Positions 17,490 through 27,000 of a DNA stretch of 64,000 bases are shown one piece after another. The notes under the pieces were generated by a model that saw nothing but the letters and a program-made list of their open reading frames with translations, made no database searches and was not told where the DNA came from. This DNA comes from an uncultured virus (IMG/VR IMGVR_UViG_3300044733_004146). Its lineage: Duplodnaviria; Heunggongvirae; Uroviricota; Caudoviricetes. Where the stretch lies: IMG/VR virus record IMGVR_UViG_3300044733_004146. One strand, given 5' to 3'. The first letter of the stretch is position 1. Each line of letters begins with the position of its first letter. Both the position numbers and the translations under genes were made by a program.

Positions 17490-18686
17490 ATGAGCACCAC
17501 ATCTTGTCGGTACGATTTCTCGCCAATTGAGAAATACGAAATGACGCCAGAAGGCTATCTTCGGGCGTGGGCTTCGATTGCTCGCACTGGCATTCAGCTC
17601 TATACAGATGCTGATGGCTCTGTGCGGCGAGAGTATCGTCCAGAAACAGAAGTGGCGTCTCCCGAGAGTCTTGCTTCGTTTGCGGGCAAGGCAATCACTT
17701 CGGAACATCCCCCTGTTCTTCTTGATGCCGACAATACTAAAGACTACCAAGTGGGCTTTAGCGGCACTGAGATTGTCTATGACAATGGTTTCGTCAAGGC
17801 CGTGATGACAATCACGGACAAAGATGCCATTGAACGGATTATGCGGGGAGATGCTCGTGAGGTAAGCGCTGGCTACAGGGTGAATTATGATCCCACGCCT
17901 GGCGTTACAGAAAGTGGCGAAAATTACGATGGCATCCAAAAGGAGATCATCGGCAATCACATCGCTATTGTTCGTCGGGGCCGCGCTGGCCCGCAAGTGA
18001 AGCTCCATCTTGATCGTCAAGATGCAGCCGATCTATCTTTATTCTCTACTACAGGAGACCATCTAATGACTGCAAAAGTCGTTTTTGATGGCGCCGAGTT
18101 TGAGGTGACGGAGAGCGTTGCTCTTGCGATCACTAAAGAACGCGAAGACGCCAAAATGTCCTACGAGGACATGAAGAAAAAATACGACGAGCTGCAGGCC
18201 GCCGCCGATGCCATGAAGTCCGAAATGGATGCCATGGCTAAGGAAATGAAGGGCAAGTGTGATTCCGCTGAGGGTCGCGCCGATGCTCTGGCCGAGCACG
18301 TCGAAGAACTGAAAGGCGAACTGGCTGCCGCCAAGGAAATCAATCTTGATTCCATGGTTGAAGAGCGTCTTGCTCTGATTGAAAAGGCTAAGCCTGTTCT
18401 GGATGCCGCCTATGAATTTAGCGGCAAAGAAGCCCGTGAGGTGATGGTGGACGCCATCAAAGCCGTGCGTGGCGATAGTGTTGATCTGTCTGAAAAGTCT
18501 GATGACTATGTTCAGGCCATGTTTGACACTCTGGCCGAATCGTCCCGCGATGATTCTGTTGCCACTGATGAGCTGCGTAAAGCCGTGGCTTCTATTGCTT
18601 CTCCCATGAGCGCACCGTCTTCCTACATGGAAACGCTGCAAAATGCATGGAAGAAGCCTCTCTCCATCTCTAAGGAGGCTAAGTAA
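17490..18686 (+). CDS. Prohead protease/scaffold (DUF2213 type)
   Basis: TPEGYL, ARTGIQ.Y, ITSEHP, EVSAGY and NHIAIV..GRAG motifs, with a coiled-coil C-terminus. Confidence 0.88.
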   Translation: MSTTSCRYDFSPIEKYEMTPEGYLRAWASIARTGIQLYTDADGSVRREYRPETEVASPESLASFAGKAITSEHPPVLLDADNTKDYQVGFSGTEIVYDNGFVKAVMTITDKDAIERIMRGDAREVSAGYRVNYDPTPGVTESGENYDGIQKEIIGNHIAIVRRGRAGPQVKLHLDRQDAADLSLFSTTGDHLMTAKVVFDGAEFEVTESVALAITKEREDAKMSYEDMKKKYDELQAAADAMKSEMDAMAKEMKGKCDSAEGRADALAEHVEELKGELAAAKEINLDSMVEERLALIEKAKPVLDAAYEFSGKEAREVMVDAIKAVRGDSVDLSEKSDDYVQAMFDTLAESSRDDSVATDELRKAVASIASPMSAPSSYMETLQNAWKKPLSISKEAK

Positions 18687-18688
18687 TT

Positions 18689-19249
18689 ATGGCCGTTTCT
18701 TTCTCCGCTTCGGGCACTGCCTCCGCTGGTGGCGTGCAGCAGGCTTACGCCCTGACTCACACCGCCTATCTGGAGGGCGGTCTGTCCGACATCCGCGACA
18801 ACACCATCTCCACTCGCATCAACGAAACCGGCGCTGTGCTGGCTTTCGGCAATGTGGTGGTCTATAACACTGCTGGCACTGTTGCCAATTCCGCTACCAC
18901 CATTTCTGGCGCTTCCGACACCGTGCTGGGCGTTAACGCTCTCACCTATGTGGACGAAACTGCCCTGGATTCCAACAGCCGTCCTGGCGTGAAGAATCAG
19001 CAGGCCATGAACGTGGTGAACGAAGGTGCTGTGGCCGTCTACGTGACTGGCGCCGTCAGCCCCACCTCCCCTGTTCGCGTGCTGTATTCCGCAAGCGGCA
19101 CCGGCAAAGCTGGTCAGTTCTCGCACGCTTTTGCTTCTGGCAAAACCGTCCGTCTGGCCAACGCTCGTTTCCTCACCTCCACTACTAGCAGCGGTATTGC
19201 CCTGCTGGAGCTGAATGGTCCGAGCTTCACTCTCTCTGCTGATTCTTGA
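18689..19249 (+). CDS. Head decoration / capsid cement protein
   Basis: Lies between protease and major capsid genes. Small, beta-rich and Ala/Gly/Thr-rich. Confidence 0.7.
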   Translation: MAVSFSASGTASAGGVQQAYALTHTAYLEGGLSDIRDNTISTRINETGAVLAFGNVVVYNTAGTVANSATTISGASDTVLGVNALTYVDETALDSNSRPGVKNQQAMNVVNEGAVAVYVTGAVSPTSPVRVLYSASGTGKAGQFSHAFASGKTVRLANARFLTSTTSSGIALLELNGPSFTLSADS

Positions 19250-19264
19250 TAGGAGGCCCTACCA

Positions 19265-20167
19265 ATGTCTGAATTCCGTATGGATGAAGCGGGTCTGTTT
19301 CTTGAGCGTCAGCTTGAGTTCATCCGCCCCCAAGTGTTTGAAGTGCAGTATGCGGATATCAAATATCCGACTGTGCTGCCCGTAACTTCTGAAGCCGGTC
19401 CTGGCGCTCAGACCTTCACCTACCGCATCATGGATGCCACTGGTGAGTTTAAGCTGATCGCTGATGCTGCTGATGATCTGCCCCGTGCCGACATCAGCCA
19501 GACCGAGAAGAGCATCAATATCCGTTCCTTCGGCGGTAGCTTCGGCTACACCGTGCAGGAACTGCGTGCTGCTCAAATGGCCAATATCGCCCTGGAGCAG
19601 CGTCGCGCTGCTGCCGTGCGTCGTGCTTACGAAGAGAAAGTGGAAGATCTCGCTTTCTTTGGTGAGAGCACCGTGGGTCTGTCTGGTTTCTTCAACAACT
19701 CCACCGTGGATGTGGTTGCTGCTGATAAGTGGTTCAGCACTGCCACTGCCCAGGAAATGCTGGAACTGCTGAACTATGGCGTGACTGCCATTATCAACGC
19801 TTCCAAAATGAAGGAGCAGCCCGACACCATTCTGATGGCGTGGGAAGATTACAACAAAGTGAGCACCACCCGGAACTCCGATTCTTCGGACGTGACCGTG
19901 CTTGAGTACTTCCTGCGTACCAACCCCTACATCCGCAACGTTGAGCCCATCAACCAACTGGATGCTGATAACAGCGTGCTGAACACCAACCGTATGGTGG
20001 TGTACAAGCGTGATCCTGAGAAAGTGCAACTGCACGTTCCTCAGCCTCTGGAGCTGTTCCCCCCTCAACAGCGCGGCTTGGAATTTATCGTTCCCGCCCA
20101 TGCTCGCGTTGGTGGCGTGGCCCTGTACTATCCCAAGAGCGTTATTTACGTTCAGGCCAACGCCTGA
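19265..20167 (+). CDS. Major capsid protein (DUF2184 / encapsulin-like HK97 fold)
   Basis: FLERQLEFI, YTVQELRAA, AFFGE and GGVALYYP. Strong AGGAGG RBS and strong codon bias. Confidence 0.9.
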   Translation: MSEFRMDEAGLFLERQLEFIRPQVFEVQYADIKYPTVLPVTSEAGPGAQTFTYRIMDATGEFKLIADAADDLPRADISQTEKSINIRSFGGSFGYTVQELRAAQMANIALEQRRAAAVRRAYEEKVEDLAFFGESTVGLSGFFNNSTVDVVAADKWFSTATAQEMLELLNYGVTAIINASKMKEQPDTILMAWEDYNKVSTTRNSDSSDVTVLEYFLRTNPYIRNVEPINQLDADNSVLNTNRMVVYKRDPEKVQLHVPQPLELFPPQQRGLEFIVPAHARVGGVALYYPKSVIYVQANA

Positions 20168-20221
20168 GGATAGTTAACAAGAAAGGGACGTTAAGCTATT
20201 GACAATTGTTTTTTTTGAACA

Positions 20222-20608
20222 ATGCTCATTGCTTATCGTCCCGAACTTGAAAATCCCCCTCGTGAGGCGGGCTTCGGAATTATCACTAGAACTGGTCTCA
20301 TCCAGCTTGTTCCAGGACTTAATCAGGAAATTCCTGATGACAAATGGAGCGAAGCTAAAGAGAACATTGCAGTGAAGAAGCTTATGGCGATTGGGGCAAT
20401 CGAAGAGATGAAAGAACAAGTGATGGTAGAGGATCTGCCTGAGTCTGTTCAAAGTCTTGCCGAGCTGCCCCTCACCCAAGCCATTCGTGCTATTGAACTC
20501 ATCCATGATGCTGATCGCTTAGCTGATTGGAAGAAAATTGAAGGCCGAATTCGTGTAAGGAATGCTATTGCCAAACGCACTGAAGCCATTCGCATTGGAA
20601 AAGCTTAA
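20222..20608 (+). CDS. Hypothetical head-region protein
   Basis: ORF in operon position after the major capsid gene. Confidence 0.7.
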   Translation: MLIAYRPELENPPREAGFGIITRTGLIQLVPGLNQEIPDDKWSEAKENIAVKKLMAIGAIEEMKEQVMVEDLPESVQSLAELPLTQAIRAIELIHDADRLADWKKIEGRIRVRNAIAKRTEAIRIGKA

Positions 20609-20610
20609 TT

Positions 20611-20922
20611 ATGGCCGTCACCTACGCCAGTTTTTTGGACAGGTTTCCTGAATTCACGCCCCATCCATCGGGAATTGTGAATGGTGCCATTACAGAAGCA
20701 ACTTACGATGCCTCGGCTGACGTGTTTGGGGATCAAACTGATAGGGCAGTTAAGTTTTTAGCTGCTCATATCATTGCCGTACAACTTGCTCAGATGGGCA
20801 TCCAAATTGGTGCCACTGACGGAAAAGTTTATGGCGAGGGGCTTGATGCTTCTCAATATGGTCAAGAGTTTAAACGTCTCTTAAGTTCTCTTCCTTCGAC
20901 TGCCGTTGGTTTTGTTGTATGA
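20611..20922 (+). CDS. Head-tail adaptor (DUF4054-like)
   Basis: FLDRFPEF, LAAH and SQYGQEF motifs. Confidence 0.8.
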   Translation: MAVTYASFLDRFPEFTPHPSGIVNGAITEATYDASADVFGDQTDRAVKFLAAHIIAVQLAQMGIQIGATDGKVYGEGLDASQYGQEFKRLLSSLPSTAVGFVV

Positions 20923-21308
20923 GCAACTTCCTGGAGCCACTTGCTAATGCCACTCTGGTATGGTATGTGGCTTCGGGGTATGCGCTCGATAGTGAAACCG
21001 GCAATTACGTGGCCACAGCGACTGGCATTACTTACTATGCATCGTTAAGGCAAAAGCGTGCTCCGCAGTATGATCATCTTCTCGGAGCAGATCAAACGGC
21101 AGTTTATATGGAGGGGAGACTTACGTCTCCTCTTGCTTTTTCTGGAGTGACGCCTGGTGATTCCGCTCAGGCGACCATCAATGGAAGGGAAGGGCGTTTT
21201 GAACTATTGCCAAACGAGGAAATTGCTATTCATTATTGGCAGTTCCTCGGCACGCCAATTAGAGGAATTTTTAGACTAATTGGCAAAGGAAGCGTGGACA
21301 ACGCTTAA
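20919..21308 (+). CDS. Putative head closure protein
   Basis: Position and size. Beta-rich. Confidence 0.55.
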   Translation: MSNFLEPLANATLVWYVASGYALDSETGNYVATATGITYYASLRQKRAPQYDHLLGADQTAVYMEGRLTSPLAFSGVTPGDSAQATINGREGRFELLPNEEIAIHYWQFLGTPIRGIFRLIGKGSVDNA

Positions 21309-21343
21309 TCACTTTCCCTTTTCATTGCTGAGGATTTCCTCTC

Positions 21344-21925
21344 ATGCTCTACCATCCCACTGAACTGGTAAAGAGCCAAGACGTGATTGTGCGCGTTGGC
21401 TCTATTGTTACGGCTTCTGGCCGTCCAGTAATCACTCAGAGCGGCGCCACCTTTACTGTGAGCGGCGCTCCTACGCTTTACACCCTGCAAGCTGCTACTA
21501 CGGCTTCTGTTGCCTTTAACGATGGCAACACTGAATTTTATCTGCTGGGTGGAGGCGGCTTTTCGGACAGCGTGATCGTTACTAGCGCTGCCACTGCTTC
21601 TATCACCTCCTACTTCCAGAAGGATGTTGATGGCACCACTTTTGTCCCGAATAGTTTTGACGAAGCTTTCCAGGTGATTGCCACTGGGCGTTATGACAAG
21701 AACGCTGAAGTGTACGTGGAAATTAACAAGCAACTGGGTGTTAGCGGCACCACTTATTACTATGATCGCGTGGCTTATGTTGGCCGTGTGATGAACTACA
21801 ACGAGAGCTATCCGGCTGACAACCTTGTGGAAGTCACCTTCGACCTGATGAGCCGTGGCCGCATTGGCATCCACCAGAATGCCTCTGAAACCGGCTCGAT
21901 CATTCCGACTGCTCCCAATAGCTAA
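21344..21925 (+). CDS. Major tail tube protein
   Basis: Ends ADNLVEVTFDLMSRG, has capsid-like codon bias and is followed by a terminator. Confidence 0.75.
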   Translation: MLYHPTELVKSQDVIVRVGSIVTASGRPVITQSGATFTVSGAPTLYTLQAATTASVAFNDGNTEFYLLGGGGFSDSVIVTSAATASITSYFQKDVDGTTFVPNSFDEAFQVIATGRYDKNAEVYVEINKQLGVSGTTYYYDRVAYVGRVMNYNESYPADNLVEVTFDLMSRGRIGIHQNASETGSIIPTAPNS

Positions 21926-21949
21926 TTCACTTTCCATTGAAAGTTTGCT

Positions 21950-21977
21950 AGCCTCTCCTTACGGGGAGGCTTTTTTT
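21950..21977 (+). terminator. Intrinsic terminator after the tail tube gene
   Basis: AGCCTCTCC-TTAC-GGGGAGGCT-TTTTTT. Confidence 0.85.
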
Positions 21978-21979
21978 AT

Positions 21980-22391
21980 TGTGAATATTTCTCAGCTCAG
22001 AGAGACTATCACTGAATTACTATCTGCATCTCCCAATCTTATTGGCACTTATACACTGCCAAATGGTTCAACGCTGCCTGCTGTTTATGTGGTGGGGCCG
22101 CAGAGTGTACCGAAAGAATGGAAAGTGAAGGGGCTGGAAGTGACAATGCGACAGTTTCCTGAGCTAGTTTCTCGCTCTCCGCTAGGTGGGACGACAAAAG
22201 TCACGCAAATTTGGGAAGTAATTTTGGTGCAATATACGCCTAGCGCTGGCGCTATTGCCACTGCTATGGACAGGATGGTTAGGCGCTTTCCTGATTCCAC
22301 GCCAAGATATTTTCCTGGTGATGATGTGGCTTATGAGCGTTGTAGGTTTTTAATCCCCGACCTTATTCTTCGACCATTGATTGCACCATGA
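21980..22391 (+). CDS. Putative tail terminator/completion protein (GTG start near 21980)
   Basis: Position after the tail tube gene. The ORF-track upstream extension runs through the terminator. Confidence 0.55.
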
Positions 22392-22843
22392 GCGGCATCA
22401 TTGTTGGCGGAACTATTCTCAATGCAAGGTTTTTAGAACAAAAATTGGTCAAGGCGTTTGAAACATGGGCGGAAGAGGACGTGGACGACGGATATTTTGA
22501 AGATCAATTTAAGGACGATAAATGGAGCTATCCAGGGTACACAAGAAGAAAAAGCGGAGAAAATGCTGGGACTGTTCGTAATATCTATGATCTTGGGGAA
22601 CTTTATCAAAGCGGAAAGGACAGTTTTAAAATTACGCAAGGCGCCAACGATATTACTGTATCTTGGAACTGGGATGCCAAAAACGAGAGCGGAAGGGGTT
22701 ATGCATGGTATGTCCATGAAGGACTATCGACAAATTTAGAACCAAGGCAGTGGACGGATGTATTTCAAGAGCGTAATTTGTTCGACGGCAGTAGTGTAAG
22801 TAAGGCGCTACGATCTCGCATACGCACTGCATTGAACAGATGA
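22388..22843 (+). CDS. Neck/tail completion protein (HK97 gp10-like)
   Basis: RNIYDLGELYQS, YAWYVHEG and PRQWT motifs. Confidence 0.7.
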   Translation: MSGIIVGGTILNARFLEQKLVKAFETWAEEDVDDGYFEDQFKDDKWSYPGYTRRKSGENAGTVRNIYDLGELYQSGKDSFKITQGANDITVSWNWDAKNESGRGYAWYVHEGLSTNLEPRQWTDVFQERNLFDGSSVSKALRSRIRTALNR

Positions 22844-23097
22844 AAATTGACTATCTGTGGAGCGACGATAGAACTGTCCATGCAATTAACAATGCCATAG
22901 AAGGCACGGCTTTAGAGGCCGGCATCTTGTGCCTTGTTTCCTGCAGGGAAGAGACTGTTAGACTTTCTAACGAAAATCATTCAATGCTGGTTGAAATTCC
23001 GAAGGAATTTCGCTCTTCCAACGAACGAGTGAAAGTTTTCAACGCATTGCTAAACATTCTTGACCATGAGCAAATACAGCTTCCTGCTTCAAACTAA
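22840..23097 (+). CDS. Hypothetical protein
   Basis: Coupled ORF in the tail operon. Confidence 0.6.
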   Translation: MKIDYLWSDDRTVHAINNAIEGTALEAGILCLVSCREETVRLSNENHSMLVEIPKEFRSSNERVKVFNALLNILDHEQIQLPASN

Positions 23098-23602
23098 GAC
23101 TGAAGATTATTTTGAGCTATTGCCTGAGCTTCGCCTAAAGAAATATGGCGGCTGGTTAGTTGCAGAAGCTATTGAGCAGGAAGAGATTAGTAAACTGCAG
23201 AGTCAAGCTACTATTCGCGCCGTGCAACTTGCCAAGCGCATTGCCACTGCCAAAGACATCCCCCTGGACGAAGCTTTTAATTTGCTGCAAGGAGGCGGCG
23301 GCTCAATCACTGAGGCGGAGTTACTTTCTGAATATACTGAAGAAACTTTGAGCATGATCACTAGTGGTTCGTCGGTGGAAAGTACTAACGCTCGCATGGT
23401 TACTGCCTTTATTCGTTCTCGCGGGCAAGGTCTCGTTGATGGAAATTGGCAAGACCTCGATGACTGGGAGCTGGAAGATACAAAAAATCTCCCCCGTAAA
23501 TACGTTGCAAAAATAGTTGAATTTATTACTGCAGAGCAGAGCGCCGAGACCCAGGAGGCCGCTACGGCAAAAAAAGCGACGAAGAGGAATTCTCCTCAGT
23601 AG
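23066..23602 (+). CDS. Tail assembly chaperone (G-like)
   Basis: Upstream of the tape measure gene. Ends with the GCA AAA AAA slippery site. Confidence 0.75.
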   Translation: MSKYSFLLQTKTEDYFELLPELRLKKYGGWLVAEAIEQEEISKLQSQATIRAVQLAKRIATAKDIPLDEAFNLLQGGGGSITEAELLSEYTEETLSMITSGSSVESTNARMVTAFIRSRGQGLVDGNWQDLDDWELEDTKNLPRKYVAKIVEFITAEQSAETQEAATAKKATKRNSPQ

Positions 23603-24042
23603 CTGAAGCATTAGAGGCACGAGCTAGAAAACAGCTTAAAATTTTAACGAATTGGGACGAAATTTACTTTCGTCTTTCGGCATCAGACTTTCGTGATCCA
23701 CGATGGCACGCCAATCAATTTGGGCGGCAGCGATTGAGAGATGTTCAGTGTGCATTGAAATATTTGGACAAGCATGACATTGCAAAATACAACGTGCAAA
23801 GCATTGCCATTGCAAAGTTTGGCACAATGACAGCAGGGATGATTGGCGGCAAGAAATCAAAAGTAAAACCAGAAGACTTTTTGCCATTTGATACCAAAGT
23901 ATTGAAAAAAGACAGCGGGCTAACGGATGAAAGCATGATTGTTTTCCAGCGTTTAATGAAGACAAGAAAAATGGATGGAAGAGTGATTGCCTTATTGGCA
24001 GACGAATTAAAAGCTTTTGCCGGACGTAACCAAGAGCAATGA
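23569..24042 (+). CDS. Tail assembly chaperone GT extension via -1 frameshift
   Basis: A_AAA_AAA at 23569-23575. The -1 frame is open into ORF 23734..24042 (KPEDFLPF). AGGAGG lies 10 nt upstream. Confidence 0.75.
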   Translation, partial: KKSDEEEFSSVAEALEARARKQLKILTNWDEIYFRLSASDFRDPRWHANQFGRQRLRDVQCALKYLDKHDIAKYNVQSIAIAKFGTMTAGMIGGKKSKVKPEDFLPFDTKVLKKDSGLTDESMIVFQRLMKTRKMDGRVIALLADELKAFAGRNQEQ

Positions 24043-24077
24043 TTATAGAATTAAGGGAATAGTGAAGAACAATTAAA

Positions 24078-27000
24078 ATGGCAGCTCAAGACGCCGAACT
24101 TAAACTTAAGGTAAGTCTTGACCTGGCGTTTTTTAGACAGCAACTATCAGGGCTCGGCCAGGCTGCAGCGGGATATAAAATTCCTGTGCAAGTTCAGTTT
24201 GATAGACGTAGTGTACAAAATGAGCTTAATACGTTAGGAAGAAATATTAGCCAAAGAACATATCGACTAAATGTTCAAACAAATTTAGACGCTGAGATTG
24301 ATAAAGCCAAAAAACTAGCTGCCGCATTGAAAAATGTTTCGGCTGGTGGAAGTGGTGCAATTCCTCGGCAAAGTGGAACGTTTCGCCAAGAGCTAACTGG
24401 AATTGGAGACGTTAATACTCTGCGTTCTCTTTACAGAGAGGCAGCAAGAAAAGGGCTCCTTGCTTTTGACGAAGAGGTCAATGCAAGCAAATCAAAAATT
24501 ATTACAGCATTAAATCAAGCGGCTCAAGAAGCAAGTCAAGGTTTTCTTGATGCATTTAGCAAAGAAAATTCTCGTGTCCGTAAAGCTGCAGGTGAATACG
24601 GACAAGTATTGCTTGCGGGATTGAAAAAAACCTTAAAAATTAGCTCTCCTTCCAAGGAGATGTTTGACATTGGCGATGATGCGGGAAAGGGATTTGAACT
24701 TGGCTTGCTAAAAGCATTAGACATTGCAGAGCAATCTGCTAGTCGCAAAATGCGACGAATGCTGGACCGCTTAGCTCGCATGGCCCTGATGATGGGCGGA
24801 ATGAGCACAACGGATATTAACCGGCAAGCTGGGCAAACCAGAGGAGCCGGCCTGCCTGGTCCCTCATGGGCTGCTACTGTTCCACCTTCACAAGGTGGTG
24901 GCTATGGCGGTGGTCGCATGTTGCCACCTGGTCCTACATTTCCTGCGTTAGGAGGTACTGCATTTGGTGCTCAAAAATATCTTCCCACAGCGTTAAGCGA
25001 TGAACTTAAAAAGATTTTACGTGGCGCTGCATATGCTTTTGTTGACTCACTGAAGCAACAAACAAGAGGAGTGAAAATAGGTCTTGGCGCCACTCAACAA
25101 CCTTTGCTGACAGGCGGAAGAATTGCTGGATTGCTGCCTGCTGGCGTAGGTAGACAACCCAGCGTTTACAGTACTGGCAAAATTGGCGTCGAAACACAAT
25201 CTCAATTATTTGCTCGTCGCGAAAGAGAAGCCCGCATGCGATCTGCGTTGCGCGAAGTGGATGTTTTGGGAGCAACAAATAGAGGGGCGCAGCCATATAA
25301 CTATGCTTATAGAAGTGCTCGTCCGTTAAGCGCTATTGTTCCATATGCTGCCGGTGGCGCTTTGGTGCCTGGTGGCGGCGGAGGCGGAAATCAAGGCGAA
25401 GGCGGCGGCGGTGGAAATGTGCCGCCTGGTGGTGGCTTTCGCAATGCGATGGGCTTTGGACCGGATCCAAGCAAGATTAATTTAGATATTTTTCAAAAAG
25501 CTCGTTTGCCGTTGGCAGGCGCGATAGGAGAAGTTGCTAGTGAATTTGCAAATGCGACAAAGCAAGTGCTCCTGTTCGGCACTGCCTATAAAGGTCTAGC
25601 TTTCTTCATGGATTTGCCAAACCAGGCATTCCAAGCAACAAAAGCTTTAGCTACATACAAGAACCAATTACAAGCAGTCACTTCTGCATCGGGCACTTTT
25701 GAACAATCTTTCGCTTTTGTTGACACACTGGCCACAAGGTTCAACGTGCCCTTAGATAGTGCGCGTCAAGGTTTTGTTAAGCTTTACGCTTCAATGCAAC
25801 CTGCGGGGTTTGACCAGGGGCAGATTGAAGGACTCTTCACTGGAATTGCCAAGGCAGCAGCAGCTTTTGGTTTGAGTTCGGACAAAGTAGATCGCGTCAA
25901 CTATGCCTTTGCTCAAATGGCAAGCAAGGGCCAGATTATGAGCGAAGAACTCAAGGGGCAGTTGGGAGACGTGCTGCCTGGAGCGCTGGGGCTTTTTGCT
26001 GAAGCTGCTCAAATGAGCATTCCCGAATTCAGCAAGGCAATGGAAGACGGCGCCTTCAAAGGGAAGGCAATGGAGCAAGTGTTAGGAAACGTTGCTATTT
26101 TGCTGAATGAAAAATTCAGCGCTGCTGCCACGGGAGCTGCTAATACCTTGCAAGGTGCTGTAAATCAAATTCAAAATAATTTGAAATTAATGTATGAAAG
26201 CATGGGGCCAATTGTTGATCAATTTGCTTCTGCTTTTGGTCCTCAAGTGAATAGCCTTTTGGCCGACGTTACGTCTGCCATGAAAGCTTTAACGGCAACC
26301 ATTTATCCTGGTTCTGACGTTATTGCCACAATGACGCCTAGGGCGGCAAGTCTTTTCGTCACCTTAAGAGAGCTTGGCGAATCCGCTCAAGCTGCAGGTA
26401 AAAACATATCTTCCTTCGCATCTTCATTGCAAATTTTTGTGGCACCATTGATTGCGGCAACAAGAGCTGCTCTTGACTTTATTTCCCTTCCTTTTGTTGC
26501 AAGAGTTGGCTTGTATGCTGCGATCTTGGCATCGCTAAATGGCGCGTTTCAGTTATTAGCACGCACTGGAATTATCCAGGCAACCATCGCAATGGTTCAA
26601 TTTGCTGCAAGTTTTAATATTGCACAAATTGGCGTTTACATAGCTGGCATTAGAACTGTTATCGCCGTGCTTGCGAGCATGATTACCACTGCAAACCTGG
26701 CGCGGCTTGCAATTATGGCGCTCAAGGTTTCTCTGGTAACCCTTGGAGTGGGAGTCGTCCTGACTGCCCTGGATGCGGTTGCTCAAAGGCTTTTGAATAT
26801 TGATAATGCGGCAAAGTCAGGCAAGCAAAGCGTCAAGGAGTTTGCTCAAGAGCTAGACAGAATTGCAGCAAGTGGCGACATTGAAAGTGCCACTCGTCAG
26901 TATTTAGACGCAAATACTAAACTGGCTCAAGCAAGAGCCGCGAACCAAAAAGCATTAAGAGACCTGTCCTTGGCCAGAGTTCTGCCCGCCGATGAGGGTG

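Noticed and set aside
17427..18020. N-terminal ~200 aa of the 291-aa minus-strand ORF
   Set aside because: Antisense shadow of the protease gene. Only the C-terminal XRE part is credible.
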